IMG/VR virus record: IMGVR_UViG_3300010234_000007
Coordinates: 8,330 to 72,329 of that record
Source of the DNA: a virus
Lineage: Duplodnaviria; Caudoviricetes
DNA: 64,000 nt
Reading direction: 5' to 3' (one strand)
A program made the translations under genes and the position numbers. The notes under the pieces are model-generated. The model had not been told where the DNA came from. It saw nothing but the letters and a program-made list of their open reading frames with translations, and did not search any database. Shown piece after piece: positions 1-9,149 of this stretch; position 1 is the stretch's first letter; each line of letters opens with the position of its first letter.

Positions 1-22
1 TCAAACGCATCAGGAGGCTCAC

Positions 23-586
23 ATGCCCTATACATACAGACTGGTCCGCGACACGGACCCAGAGAACCCGCGCGTGGCGCACGATAATCTCGGCACCATC
101 GCTTACTCGCCCACAGCCCGGTACTTCTCGGAAGTATTCCACGTCATGGATGACGCACCGGGAGACTGCCCCATGGGGGACGGCTGTCTGGTAGACACAG
201 TTTACCTGCACGTGTTCGAATACGGCTCGTGCGACCTTTTCGCCATTTCGCCCGACGACCTCGCCGACAACAGGCGCGCCCGCTTCCTTGGCGTGGTCTA
301 CGTCACAAAGGACGCCATCCGCCGTGAGTACGGATGGAAGCGGATCACCAGCAAACGCCGCGATCAGGTCGAGCAGCTTCTGAGCGCCGAGGTCGAGGAG
401 TTCTCGCAGTACCTCTCAGGCGATGTCTGGGGGTACGAAATCTTGGATGCCTCGGGCGATGTCGATGACAGCTGCTGGGGTTTCTTTGGCAGGGAATATG
501 CCGAGGATATGGCCCAGATGGAATGCGACGCAGCAAACCGCAATCTGGTCGATGAACTGGCCGCATCGTTCGCGATGGCCTCATAA
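23..586 (+). CDS. hypothetical phage early protein
   Basis: 187-aa ORF with SD AGGAGG; C-terminal YLSGDVWGYEI...DDSCWGFFG motif seen in uncharacterised phage proteins. Confidence 0.75.
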   Translation: MPYTYRLVRDTDPENPRVAHDNLGTIAYSPTARYFSEVFHVMDDAPGDCPMGDGCLVDTVYLHVFEYGSCDLFAISPDDLADNRRARFLGVVYVTKDAIRREYGWKRITSKRRDQVEQLLSAEVEEFSQYLSGDVWGYEILDASGDVDDSCWGFFGREYAEDMAQMECDAANRNLVDELAASFAMAS

Positions 587-596
587 GGAGAGACCC

Positions 597-1046
597 ATGC
601 TTTTTGGACAAGACACCCGCACACCCATGTATGAGAGCTTCCGGTTTATCGACAACATGAAGGAAGGAACGAAGCCCAGAAAAATCGCCAACAACACCTA
701 TGAGTATACGGACGTGATGGGCTACCGGCATATCCGCCTGCACCAGACTAATGTTGTCACTTTCCTGCCGGATGAGCCGCACCTCTGTGAGATCAATTTC
801 GGCGATTACTACACCAAAACCACTCGCGCACGTATCTGGGACCATGCTAAGGTGCAATGCTTCCAGAAAAAGGGCACTGTGTACGTCGTCACACCTCATG
901 GCCCGGTCGAGTATCATGAGCATATGCTCGTGGACAGCCGCACCGGTATACCAGTGAAGGTTACGAACCGCGTAGCGCAGGCAAAGCGGGAGGCTGATGT
1001 GATGTTAAAACATCGCGCAGCCCTGCTCGCTCTACAAACCCCCTAG
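597..1046 (+). CDS. hypothetical protein
   Basis: ATG at 597 after TAAGGAG; in frame with track ORF 423..1046. Confidence 0.7.
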   Translation: MLFGQDTRTPMYESFRFIDNMKEGTKPRKIANNTYEYTDVMGYRHIRLHQTNVVTFLPDEPHLCEINFGDYYTKTTRARIWDHAKVQCFQKKGTVYVVTPHGPVEYHEHMLVDSRTGIPVKVTNRVAQAKREADVMLKHRAALLALQTP

Positions 1047-1259
1047 GATGCTGTGTAAGCTTCGATCATCGCGGATACGGACCAACCCCTGAGAGGGGCC
1101 GATACCACTAGCGCAGAAGCATCAGCATCACCCCAGCCCAACTGTACGATGAGCAGCTGCCGCCAACGAGATAGGAATACCTCATGCTCTAGCGTTACCC
1201 CCGGGACAACAATGCGGTGATCCGGCACCGCACCCCCCCCTAACACAAGGACAAGACTG

Positions 1260-1532
1260 ATGGAAAATAGCATCTTTTACCCAGCCAAACAGTACGGCAG
1301 CAAGTTGTTCCTGACCTTCAGGGGCGATGAAACAGCTGCAGGAGACCGACTGAAGCTCGCCGCCCGCCGCGACGGGTACTGGCCCGCGTATTCCCGACAC
1401 GGGAACTACTATTCGATCATGGAACGGATGCGGGCATGCGGCCTCGTCGAGGTCAGGCATACTGGCCCCCGAGGTGGCCGACGTTTCCATGCGACGAGGA
1501 AGGGCCGTTACTGGCTCAAGAAATACGCATAA
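1260..1532 (+). CDS. small basic protein, possible winged-helix
   Basis: 90 aa; MRACGLVEV...RFHATRKGR resembles a wHTH wing; SD AAGGA upstream. Confidence 0.6.
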   Translation: MENSIFYPAKQYGSKLFLTFRGDETAAGDRLKLAARRDGYWPAYSRHGNYYSIMERMRACGLVEVRHTGPRGGRRFHATRKGRYWLKKYA

Positions 1533-1549
1533 ACCGGAGGAGAACGAAC

Positions 1550-1711
1550 ATGATCTTCAACGTCTGGATTGTAGAGAACGGCAAAAAGATGCGCGTGTAC
1601 AGCGGGCCCAACATTGCCGCCGCTGAGAAGATTTTTCTCAACCACGCCGCCGTCGCGCGGCCTTACCGAGAGGTGATCTTTACCACACAGCCTAAGGAGG
1701 CATGGGCATGA
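1550..1711 (+). CDS. small hypothetical protein (53 aa)
   Basis: GGAGG SD then MIFNVWIVENGKK; stop overlaps the next start (ATGA). Confidence 0.6.
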   Translation: MIFNVWIVENGKKMRVYSGPNIAAAEKIFLNHAAVARPYREVIFTTQPKEAWA

Positions 1712-1866
1712 TGACCGTTGTGCTCCTCGTTCACGGCGATCATAGCCTAGCGTGGCATCCTGCCGCGCCGGGTGTGGCCGCTCACTACACCATCACCAGC
1801 CCCAGCGGCACTACACACTACAGCAATGGTGTGGAGGCCGCGCAGGCGTTCAAAAAACTGAATTGA
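1708..1866 (+). CDS. small hypothetical protein (52 aa)
   Basis: AAGGAGG SD; MMTVVLLVHGD...AFKKLN; read by hand, not in track. Confidence 0.5.
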   Translation: MMTVVLLVHGDHSLAWHPAAPGVAAHYTITSPSGTTHYSNGVEAAQAFKKLN

Positions 1867-1891
1867 CAGACTAACATTCGTTCAGTATTCT
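1863..1891 (+). promoter_or_regulatory. sigma70-type promoter for the AAA-DUF3150-vWA operon
   Basis: TTGACA-17 bp-TATTCT, about 27 bp before the ATG at 1919. Confidence 0.75.
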
Positions 1892-1918
1892 ACTCACCCA
1901 CACTCACTGGAGAACATC

Positions 1919-2998
1919 ATGAAAGCGGCAGCATCTCTTTCCCTGCAACAGGCGCAGGACGTAATCGCCTGTATGTTCAATGCCCATCAGGCCTACATGG
2001 ATCAGCACGGCAACCCGCCGAAAGATCAGGCCACGGCCTACCTCGTCGGCGAGCCCGGCGTGGGCAAAACCTCCATCCTCCGGCAGCTGGCAAAGCAGCT
2101 GGAAGAGACCCATAAGCAGCCCATCGCCATCATGGACCTGCGTCTGGCCACCGTTGAGCCGGTGGACCTGCGTGGCATCCTCGTGCCTAATGAAACGACC
2201 CGGACGGCGGAATGGTACCCGCCTTCGAACCTGCCAAACGAAGAAGCCCATGGCGTCATGGGCATCCTGTTTGTGGATGAGCTGAACAAGACCATCCCCA
2301 TGAACCTCAATGCCATCGCTAACCTCCTGTATGACCGGGAGATCGGCGAATACAAGCTGCCTGACCGCTGGATGGTTGTCGCCGCTGGCAATAACATGTC
2401 CGACAAGGCAGGCGACATGAAGCTTCCGACGCATCTGGCCAACCGCCTGATGCAGATCGGCGTGAAGCCGGATGTCAAGGAATGGCTGAAGTGGGCCGAG
2501 AAGGCCGACATTCACCCGGCGGTGCGCTTCTACATCGAGAAGGTTCCTGCGATGTTGCAGGCCTTCGACAGCAAGGCGACGGCCAGCCCGACCTGCCGGT
2601 CGTGGCAGTTCGTTTCGGACATCATGCACATGAAGTTCGAAGAGGCCTCCGAGCGCGTCGCCATCGCAGGCGCTGTAGGCCCGGAAGCGATGACGGGCTT
2701 CATGTCCTCACTGCGTCAGGCGCTGAATATCCCGATGTATGCGGATATCATCAACGCACCGAAAAAGTGCAGCATCCCCAAGGAGGAAAGCGAGCGCTTC
2801 GCTACCGCCAAAATGATGGGGGAGTACGTCCGAGATGACGCGCTGGAGGACTGCCTGACGTATCTGGAGCGGATGAAGGCGAAGGAATATACGATGCACT
2901 TCCTTTCCGCGGCAATCGAAAAGTCGCCTGAGATCAGGAAGTCGGAGATTTTCCGGGACTACATCGCGAAGCACAACATCAACGCTCTGGACCTGTAG
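1919..2998 (+). CDS. AAA+ ATPase (MoxR/AAA_5-like)
   Basis: Walker A GEPGVGKT, Walker B LFVDE, sensor-1 AAGN, Arg finger PTHLANR. Confidence 0.92.
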   Translation: MKAAASLSLQQAQDVIACMFNAHQAYMDQHGNPPKDQATAYLVGEPGVGKTSILRQLAKQLEETHKQPIAIMDLRLATVEPVDLRGILVPNETTRTAEWYPPSNLPNEEAHGVMGILFVDELNKTIPMNLNAIANLLYDREIGEYKLPDRWMVVAAGNNMSDKAGDMKLPTHLANRLMQIGVKPDVKEWLKWAEKADIHPAVRFYIEKVPAMLQAFDSKATASPTCRSWQFVSDIMHMKFEEASERVAIAGAVGPEAMTGFMSSLRQALNIPMYADIINAPKKCSIPKEESERFATAKMMGEYVRDDALEDCLTYLERMKAKEYTMHFLSAAIEKSPEIRKSEIFRDYIAKHNINALDL

Positions 2999-3008
2999 GC
3001 CAGACTAC

Positions 3009-3042
3009 GGGGGGAGGCGTCCGCCTTCCCCCGCCTCTTTCT
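3009..3042 (+). terminator. GC-rich hairpin, weak terminator or processing site
   Basis: GGGGGAGGCG-TC-CGCCTTCCCC stem followed by GCCTCTTTCT. Confidence 0.4.
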
Positions 3043-3055
3043 GAAAGGAAACACT

Positions 3056-3940
3056 ATGTCTATCCATGAAAACTGCCTGCTCGTATCTCTTCACGTGAAG
3101 AGCTGGGGCGGGAAACGCACCGACCGCAAGGTCACCAAAACAGTCCATGAGGAGGCCAACGCCCAGCACAAAGCGGGCGTCTACGTGAAGAACCTCGTGG
3201 ACCCCAAGACGAGCGGCCTGTTCGCCGTGCAGGAGATCGCCGCTGCCTCCCGGGCGTGGCATTACGCACACACCGCTCCGTGGGGCGAGCGCGGTGGTGA
3301 CCGTATTGTGACCATCGCAGGGATCAATGCATGGGCAAAGAATATGCGTGGCTTCCGCGACCAGCATCAATCTGCGGTTGAAAATTTCCTCAACAAGTAC
3401 CCCGACGCTATGGCCGAGGCTGAGGTCTGGCTGGGTAAGTTGCACAGTAAGGCCGACTACCCGACCATCGCTGACCTGACGGCCCGGTTCGCCCTGCACG
3501 CTGACTACAAGCCGGTGCCCCACGGGGATGATTTCCGCGCTGACCTGCCGACCGCAGAGCGTGAGGCCATCATCGCAACGGTGGAGGAGGCCAATATCCG
3601 GCGCATCAAGGACGCCATGGATGACACGCTCGACCGCGTCGCGACCCAGTTGGAGCATGTGACTGAGCGCCTGCGTGCGTTCCAGATCACTGGTCCGGGC
3701 TCGCGCAACAAGGGCGTGTTTCATGACACTCTCGTGTCGAACACCTACAACATGCTGCAGGCTGTTGAAGCGCTGAACATCACGGGCGACGCTGAGCTGA
3801 CCCGCCGCGTGTCTGACATGCAGTGGGTGATGCGGGGTATTTCTGCCCAGAACCTGCGTGAAGATCAGGCCACACGTGACACCGTCGCCGCCCATGCGGC
3901 TAAACATGCCACCGCTATCCGTGAGCGGCTGGCAGCTTAG
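3056..3940 (+). CDS. DUF3150-like helical protein
   Basis: N-terminal LLVSLHVKSWGGKRTD and long helical body; lies between AAA and vWA genes. Confidence 0.65.
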   Translation: MSIHENCLLVSLHVKSWGGKRTDRKVTKTVHEEANAQHKAGVYVKNLVDPKTSGLFAVQEIAAASRAWHYAHTAPWGERGGDRIVTIAGINAWAKNMRGFRDQHQSAVENFLNKYPDAMAEAEVWLGKLHSKADYPTIADLTARFALHADYKPVPHGDDFRADLPTAEREAIIATVEEANIRRIKDAMDDTLDRVATQLEHVTERLRAFQITGPGSRNKGVFHDTLVSNTYNMLQAVEALNITGDAELTRRVSDMQWVMRGISAQNLREDQATRDTVAAHAAKHATAIRERLAA

Positions 3941-3949
3941 GAGGTAAGT

Positions 3950-5296
3950 ATGTTCGATATCGACAAGCCGTTGACTGACGCCGAAATCCAACAGATGGCA
4001 ACGCAGTACAACGAGATCGCCCAGCATCAGGAGATGCGGATCGATACTCTGGTGGAGGACCTCATCGACCGCGGTCCTTTCTACGCGTATCGCTACAAAC
4101 GCCTGACGCAAGTCATGGCGACGTGGCTCCCGACCTGCGCGACGGACGGTAAGCACATGTTCTGGAACCCTTTTTTCATCTCGTCGCTGTCTGATGAGGA
4201 GATGCTGGGGGTGATGGTGCATGAGCTGCTGCACGTCGTCGGCCTGCACAATTTCCGCATGGGTCATCGTGACCAGCAGAAATGGAACATCGCCTGCGAC
4301 TATGCCATTAATGAGCTGGTCAAGGATGAGGGCTGGTCGCTTCCTTCTGCCGCGCTGCTTGCTCACCAGTTCTTCCAGAAATTCCCGGAAGAAATCTACG
4401 ACCTACTGCCCGATAGCCCGGGTGGAGGTGGTGGTGAGGGTGAGCCGTCTGAAGGTGGCGGTGATGGCGAGCTGTCGAAGACGCAGCAAGACAACATGCG
4501 CCGTCTCGCTGAGGCGATGGGTCAGACTGACCCGCGCATGAAGGAGGCCATGGCGTCACCCATGCAGACCGGCACCATCCTGAAGCCGCGCAATGAGGAC
4601 GGTGAGGTGATGTCTGGCCGTGAAATCGAGGCGGCTAAGCAGGAAGCCCAAATCGACAACGCTGAGGCGGAAGAGAAAGCCAAGTCAGCAGGCGACATGC
4701 CAGCAGGTGCCCAGCGGACAATCCGCGAGCTGTATGACAATCGAGTGAACTGGAAGCAGGTGCTCGACGAATGGGTCCGGGATATCTTCGGGCGCAATGA
4801 TTACACATGGGCGCAGCCAAACCGGCGCACGATCTGGCGGCGGATGTACATGCCGGGGTGGGAAGGAACGAAGACCGGCAAGATCGCCATCGCTGTCGAT
4901 ACCTCCGGCTCTATCTCGGTCGAAATGCTGGAGCAGTTCATGACTGAATTGCAATTCATAATTGATGAAGTGAATGCTGAAGATATTCACGTCATCTACT
5001 GTGATGCGCAGGTCAAGGGCGAAGATCACTTCGGCGAGCTGTCTGGGGTGAAGGATGTCTTAAGCCACGCCCGCATCTACGGCGGTGGTGGTACGGCATT
5101 CCAGCCGGTGTTCGACCACATCGATCAGCAGCTGGAGGACCCGGCGATCCTCATCTACTTCACTGACATGTACGGCCCGATGCCACACAGTGAGCCGGAA
5201 TACCCGGTGATCTGGGCGGCGTATGGCACGTCAGTGACCACGGCCCCATTCGGCACCTTCCTGCCGCTGGATGGGGATAGTGAATACCATGGATGA
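3950..5296 (+). CDS. DUF2201-type metallopeptidase + vWA domain protein
   Basis: TCATDG, HELLH (HExxH), WNIACDYAIN; Gly-rich linker; MIDAS DTSGS; GGGT.F and YFTDMYG. Confidence 0.88.
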   Translation: MFDIDKPLTDAEIQQMATQYNEIAQHQEMRIDTLVEDLIDRGPFYAYRYKRLTQVMATWLPTCATDGKHMFWNPFFISSLSDEEMLGVMVHELLHVVGLHNFRMGHRDQQKWNIACDYAINELVKDEGWSLPSAALLAHQFFQKFPEEIYDLLPDSPGGGGGEGEPSEGGGDGELSKTQQDNMRRLAEAMGQTDPRMKEAMASPMQTGTILKPRNEDGEVMSGREIEAAKQEAQIDNAEAEEKAKSAGDMPAGAQRTIRELYDNRVNWKQVLDEWVRDIFGRNDYTWAQPNRRTIWRRMYMPGWEGTKTGKIAIAVDTSGSISVEMLEQFMTELQFIIDEVNAEDIHVIYCDAQVKGEDHFGELSGVKDVLSHARIYGGGGTAFQPVFDHIDQQLEDPAILIYFTDMYGPMPHSEPEYPVIWAAYGTSVTTAPFGTFLPLDGDSEYHG

Positions 5297-5579
5297 CTGG
5301 CGGATAGTCGTCCGCCGTTGGGAGGGTCAGGGGTGGTGTGTAGTTTTCGAGCTAGGCACCACCTCAGTTGATCTATTCCGTGGCGTCCACCGGTCTAATG
5401 TGATGTGGATGGCCGGTGAGGTGGAGCGCGTAATGCAGGCCACCGTCCCCATACCATCGGGCTCAGCCGCGCGCCGCGTCGCTATGGCGGCGCACCGCAA
5501 GCTGCGAGAAATCAATCGGATCGCTGCCGCCCACTCCAATTTTCATACCCAGACCGCAAACAGCTCAGCAGCAGACTAG
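5289..5579 (+). CDS. hypothetical protein
   Basis: ATG at 5289 (MDDWRIVVRR) overlapping the vWA stop. Confidence 0.55.
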   Translation: MDDWRIVVRRWEGQGWCVVFELGTTSVDLFRGVHRSNVMWMAGEVERVMQATVPIPSGSAARRVAMAAHRKLREINRIAAAHSNFHTQTANSSAAD

Positions 5580-5997
5580 GCTGGGTGATCTGATGGTCGT
5601 ACAACAATAAGTTCAGCAGCGCGTCTTCAGCAGGCGCGCCCAGCTGTTCATTCACGTGCCCGAGCAGGTAGGCTACCCGGTACATAGCGGTGGCTTGCCT
5701 GTCGGACATGTGGGTTTGATGCGCCTGTGTGGTGCGGTTGGGGTTACTGCCCGGCACCCCCATCATCTGTGCTCTGAACAAGTCTCCGCGCAGCCGCTCC
5801 CCGGCGTCGAACTCCTCTTCAGTTATCTCGTCATCCAGAAACAGCTTATCCAACGCCGTTTGGTCGAGCACCCGCGCTCGCCTTGCGCTGTTGCTCGCAC
5901 GCTCCAGCCTGACAACCTGTCGGCTGTGTAGCTGGGCGGTGCCGAAATCTGCATCAGTCTTTGATGTAGAAGCCGCCTTCTTGCGTTTCTTCGCCAT
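5512..5997 (-). CDS. DUF6456-like protein, possible transcription regulator or antiterminator
   Basis: LDKLF...EFDAGERLRGD motif recalled from alphaproteobacterial phage proteins; directly follows the primase-helicase. Confidence 0.55.
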   Translation of the reverse strand: MAKKRKKAASTSKTDADFGTAQLHSRQVVRLERASNSARRARVLDQTALDKLFLDDEITEEEFDAGERLRGDLFRAQMMGVPGSNPNRTTQAHQTHMSDRQATAMYRVAYLLGHVNEQLGAPAEDALLNLLLYDHQITQPSLLLSCLRSGYENWSGRQRSD

Positions 5998-7684
5998 AGT
6001 CGAACCCCGGAGTATAGCAGCCGGTGGTCACGTCATAGTCATACAGCTTCATGCCCTTCTCCCCGATCCATTTGAACCGGCACTTCCAGACATGGAACTC
6101 TGTTTGGTTCGCTGTGTTCCTGTGGACGGTGACACCGACATCAGTCTTATTGAACCAGTGAGCTGAACCTGCAACATCATAGCCCGTGGGGATTGGCGTC
6201 TTGCCGTTTTCCCGCAACAGCTTGGCGGGGTGCGCCACAAACCAGATATGCACATCATACGCACGTGCGAAAGCCCGGACTTTGTTGATCAGGTCTGAGA
6301 TAGCGTCAGTCCCCGATACAGACCGGTCTATATCAATATAGTTAAATGGGTCCAAGATCAAGCCTTTAATGCCTGACCGCAGCACCGCCGCTTCCGCCTT
6401 GTCGAGGATGTTCTCTATGGTGTTGCCTTCGTTTGATGTGTCGATGAACTGGTAGTGCCTGTGCACCCATGCCAGCGCTGCCTCCGCCTCTTCTTTGCTC
6501 ATTCTGCCATAGAGACGCTCGAAGAACGGCTTCTCAGTCTTCTTCTCCAAGAGCTTGCCGATATGCTCGACCGGCGGGTTCTCGGCAGACCATACAGCTA
6601 TACGCCAGCCATGGTGGATGCACATGTTCACGGTGATCTGGTCCAGCATCTCCGACTTACCCATGCCCGGAATGCCTGTGATCAGGGTGATCTGTCCCGG
6701 TTGAACGGTGTAAATCTCCCCCATAGAGCCAAGCTCAGGGTCGAACCCGCGCTCGCGCCCGGTGTCATACAGCTCCATCACAGCGTCGGCGTAATGATTG
6801 GCGGCGTACAGGCCGTCCACCGGAAAAGGCTCAGCTGCATCGATGCAAGCTATGACCGTATTAGGCCCGTGGATATCGAGGGTGGCGTTCGCGTCCTTCT
6901 CTTCCCAGTTTACCTGAAAACACTTGGCTCTACCTAGCCGCCGTGCGATCTCATTAGTGAGCGCCTGTCCGGGCTCATCCATATCCAAACCCAGCAGGAT
7001 ACGCGGCGTCTGCTTCAGGTCCTCCTCAGCACGCCATAGGTACTCTATGTCGCTATCCGGGCCCACATTGGACGCCCCAGCCGGGACAGACAGCACGTTA
7101 GGCCATCCCGCCTCAATGCAGGAGAGCGCGTCCATCTCCCCCTCGACGATCAGGATGGGCTGCTCTGGGTCGATATGTGAGATGTTCCAGAACGTCTTGG
7201 CGGTACCATCGTGGGCGAACAGCTTCTGCGTGATGGAGCGCCATTTCACGCCAACTGGCTTGTTTTTGTTTGGCAGGAAATACTGAAAGCCGATAGCCTC
7301 ATCCTCACCATGACCCCGGAAGTACTGCGAGCGAGACACAATATCGCAGGCCTTTGCCGTCTCTGCGGTGATCGCCCGGCTCTTCAGGTACGCGATGGCG
7401 TCATCACTCAGCGCGCTTTCGGGCGGCTGGATCGTCTTCAGGTCAGTGTTCTTGACAGTGTTCCTGTGCTTCTTAACGCCTGTGTGTTCGATGTATTCAT
7501 TGCCCCGGTCGCCGCAGTGGTGGCAATACCAAACCGCGCCATGCTCATCGAGCGATAACCGCATGCAGGCCGCGTTTTGATTGACTTTTTTTCTGTCCGC
7601 GCTACAATTCGGGCACGGGAAACGTCCTTGCTGCCGCCCAGTGTTGGCGAGGCGTGAGGCTAATTGGAGGTGTTCTTCAGACAT
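5954..7684 (-). CDS. primase-helicase (Zn finger + TOPRIM + SF4/Twinkle-like helicase)
   Basis: CPNC...CHHC Zn ribbon; IVEGEMDALS and LDMDEPG TOPRIM; GIPGMGKS Walker A; LILDPFN; VAHP; start taken at MSEEH (7684), not 8026. Confidence 0.92.
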   Translation of the reverse strand: MSEEHLQLASRLANTGRQQGRFPCPNCSADRKKVNQNAACMRLSLDEHGAVWYCHHCGDRGNEYIEHTGVKKHRNTVKNTDLKTIQPPESALSDDAIAYLKSRAITAETAKACDIVSRSQYFRGHGEDEAIGFQYFLPNKNKPVGVKWRSITQKLFAHDGTAKTFWNISHIDPEQPILIVEGEMDALSCIEAGWPNVLSVPAGASNVGPDSDIEYLWRAEEDLKQTPRILLGLDMDEPGQALTNEIARRLGRAKCFQVNWEEKDANATLDIHGPNTVIACIDAAEPFPVDGLYAANHYADAVMELYDTGRERGFDPELGSMGEIYTVQPGQITLITGIPGMGKSEMLDQITVNMCIHHGWRIAVWSAENPPVEHIGKLLEKKTEKPFFERLYGRMSKEEAEAALAWVHRHYQFIDTSNEGNTIENILDKAEAAVLRSGIKGLILDPFNYIDIDRSVSGTDAISDLINKVRAFARAYDVHIWFVAHPAKLLRENGKTPIPTGYDVAGSAHWFNKTDVGVTVHRNTANQTEFHVWKCRFKWIGEKGMKLYDYDVTTGCYTPGFDYGEETQEGGFYIKD

Positions 7685-7711
7685 GGGACCTACAGATTGG
7701 GGTAATAAAAA

Positions 7712-7728
7712 TCCCTTCCGGGAAGGGA
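7712..7728. promoter_or_regulatory. perfect inverted repeat between divergent genes
   Basis: TCCCTTCC-G-GGAAGGGA in the short gap between primase-helicase (-) and the + strand genes. Confidence 0.45.
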
Positions 7729-7757
7729 CGGGATCGTATAACGCTTCCGCCGGGGAT

Positions 7758-8063
7758 ATGCAAGAGCTTGATCGGCTGAAGCAAGCGTATGAGGCAAGCC
7801 AGCGAGACGCGCAGATGGAGGCTGCAGTGCGACGGTATAGGAGTGCCATCAACGGTTCGCAATCACCTGATACCAGTGGTACTGAAAGGCGCGAGGTAGA
7901 GTTGCTGCAGAAAGTACTCGGCGAATTTCGGACAAATCTCAACGATCTAAGAATAGAAGTAGCCCAGCTGAAAAATGAAGTGAAGCAGCTGAAAGCTAAG
8001 GCACATGGAAACGATATCGCCGACATGGCGATGGCATTACAGGGAGGTCGAGATGGAGAATGA
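7758..8063 (+). CDS. coiled-coil hypothetical protein
   Basis: MQELDRLKQ start after GGGGAT; heptad pattern. Confidence 0.6.
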   Translation: MQELDRLKQAYEASQRDAQMEAAVRRYRSAINGSQSPDTSGTERREVELLQKVLGEFRTNLNDLRIEVAQLKNEVKQLKAKAHGNDIADMAMALQGGRDGE

Positions 8064-8295
8064 TTGGGACGTTATGTTATGGAAAGAAAGCGAATTGGCA
8101 AAGCAGGAGCGTGAGTTCGATCTGACGCCTGACATGTCAAAGCAGGAGCGTGAGTTTGTTGCGGCTGAGATAGTAGAACAAGCTAAACGCAAGGCTCGCA
8201 GGCATCGTGCTGAAGAGGCTACACGCAAGAGGCTTCAGATAGCCAAAGAGGAAGGTGATGATCTTGGTAATCTAATCATCGCATTGAGGGGCTGA
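8053..8295 (+). CDS. hypothetical protein with internal KQEREF duplication
   Basis: GGGAGG SD; AAGCAGGAGCGTGAGTT occurs twice. Confidence 0.65.
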   Translation: MENDWDVMLWKESELAKQEREFDLTPDMSKQEREFVAAEIVEQAKRKARRHRAEEATRKRLQIAKEEGDDLGNLIIALRG

Positions 8296-8296
8296 A

Positions 8297-8674
8297 ATGG
8301 AATATGTCGTGTGGTCAGTTGGCTTCGGGTTTCTGCTCGCAGCTTGGTATTTCCTACGGACAGGCCTTGAGCGTGAGAAGCGTTTCGAGGAACGTCGCCG
8401 TAAGTTTCTACAAGATCGTATCGGTATGCAAAAGACTGAGTACTACATCCGTACGTGGGAGCCAGCCTACGAAGAGATGATGGAGCTGGTGCGCTTGGGT
8501 GAGGCCGCGAAGAAAAAGACTGACGAGCAGGCCGTGAAGGACATGGCTGATATCATAGCTGCGCTTGCTGTAGCGCATCAAGGGCTGCAAGGAGGTGCTT
8601 CTGCCTCTTCACTGGCTCCACCTCTCTCAGAAGCTTACGTAGCAGCTCGAAAAAAGCATCCGCTTCCAGATTAA
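8297..8674 (+). CDS. N-terminally anchored membrane protein
   Basis: Hydrophobic N-terminus YVVWSVGFGFLLAAWYFL. Confidence 0.65.
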   Translation: MEYVVWSVGFGFLLAAWYFLRTGLEREKRFEERRRKFLQDRIGMQKTEYYIRTWEPAYEEMMELVRLGEAAKKKTDEQAVKDMADIIAALAVAHQGLQGGASASSLAPPLSEAYVAARKKHPLPD

Positions 8675-8876
8675 TCGCCTCGGCGGCGTCTTGAAAGGCT
8701 TGGTCTTCGAACCAGCTCATTGCCTCACGGACCAGCTGTTCATTCGTCCCAGCTAAATCTTTCGTTGCCTGCAAGATAATAGCCCGGATCATTAAGCGCG
8801 AAGATGGTGATTTCTGCCCTAGGTAGGTCTGGATCGACATCTCCCCGGGCGATTTCACATCTGACTTGTCTGTCAT
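8553..8876 (-). CDS. hypothetical phage protein
   Basis: LMIRAIILQATKDL...AMSWF pattern; start uncertain, overlaps RusA. Confidence 0.5.
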   Translation of the reverse strand: MTDKSDVKSPGEMSIQTYLGQKSPSSRLMIRAIILQATKDLAGTNEQLVREAMSWFEDQAFQDAAEAINLEADAFFELLRKLLREVEPVKRQKHLLAALDALQQAQL

Positions 8877-9135
8877 TTTCGTAAATTTTCCCCTGCATGC
8901 AATCTAGGATCAGGCTGATATCAAGGTCAGGGCGTCGCGATGCATACCACACATCCACGGCCACACCGATGTCTTCTGTGATCAGCGGGGACATGACCGG
9001 GCATTGTTCAGCGAAGGTCTTGAGATATGCCAGCGCCTTGGCTGACTTGATAAAGGCGGGCTTCCCGCGTATAGTCACGAGCTTTCGGCTGTTAGCTTTG
9101 CTCGCAGGCTCGCCATCAACAGTGAATTTCAGCAT
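8740..9135 (-). CDS. rusA: RusA-like Holliday junction resolvase
   Basis: GEPASKANSR, RRPDLD...ILDCMQGKIYENDRQV, PRAEITI. Confidence 0.85.
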   Translation of the reverse strand: MLKFTVDGEPASKANSRKLVTIRGKPAFIKSAKALAYLKTFAEQCPVMSPLITEDIGVAVDVWYASRRPDLDISLILDCMQGKIYENDRQVRCEIARGDVDPDLPRAEITIFALNDPGYYLAGNERFSWDE

Positions 9136-9149
9136 ATGGAGGCATCCTT

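Noticed and set aside
3005-4366. 453-aa - strand ORF
   Set aside because: Antisense shadow of the well-supported DUF3150-like and vWA genes, with no motifs
7685-8026. 114-aa N-terminal extension of the primase-helicase in the track
   Set aside because: Overlaps a + strand gene; the Zn finger begins shortly after the Met at 7684
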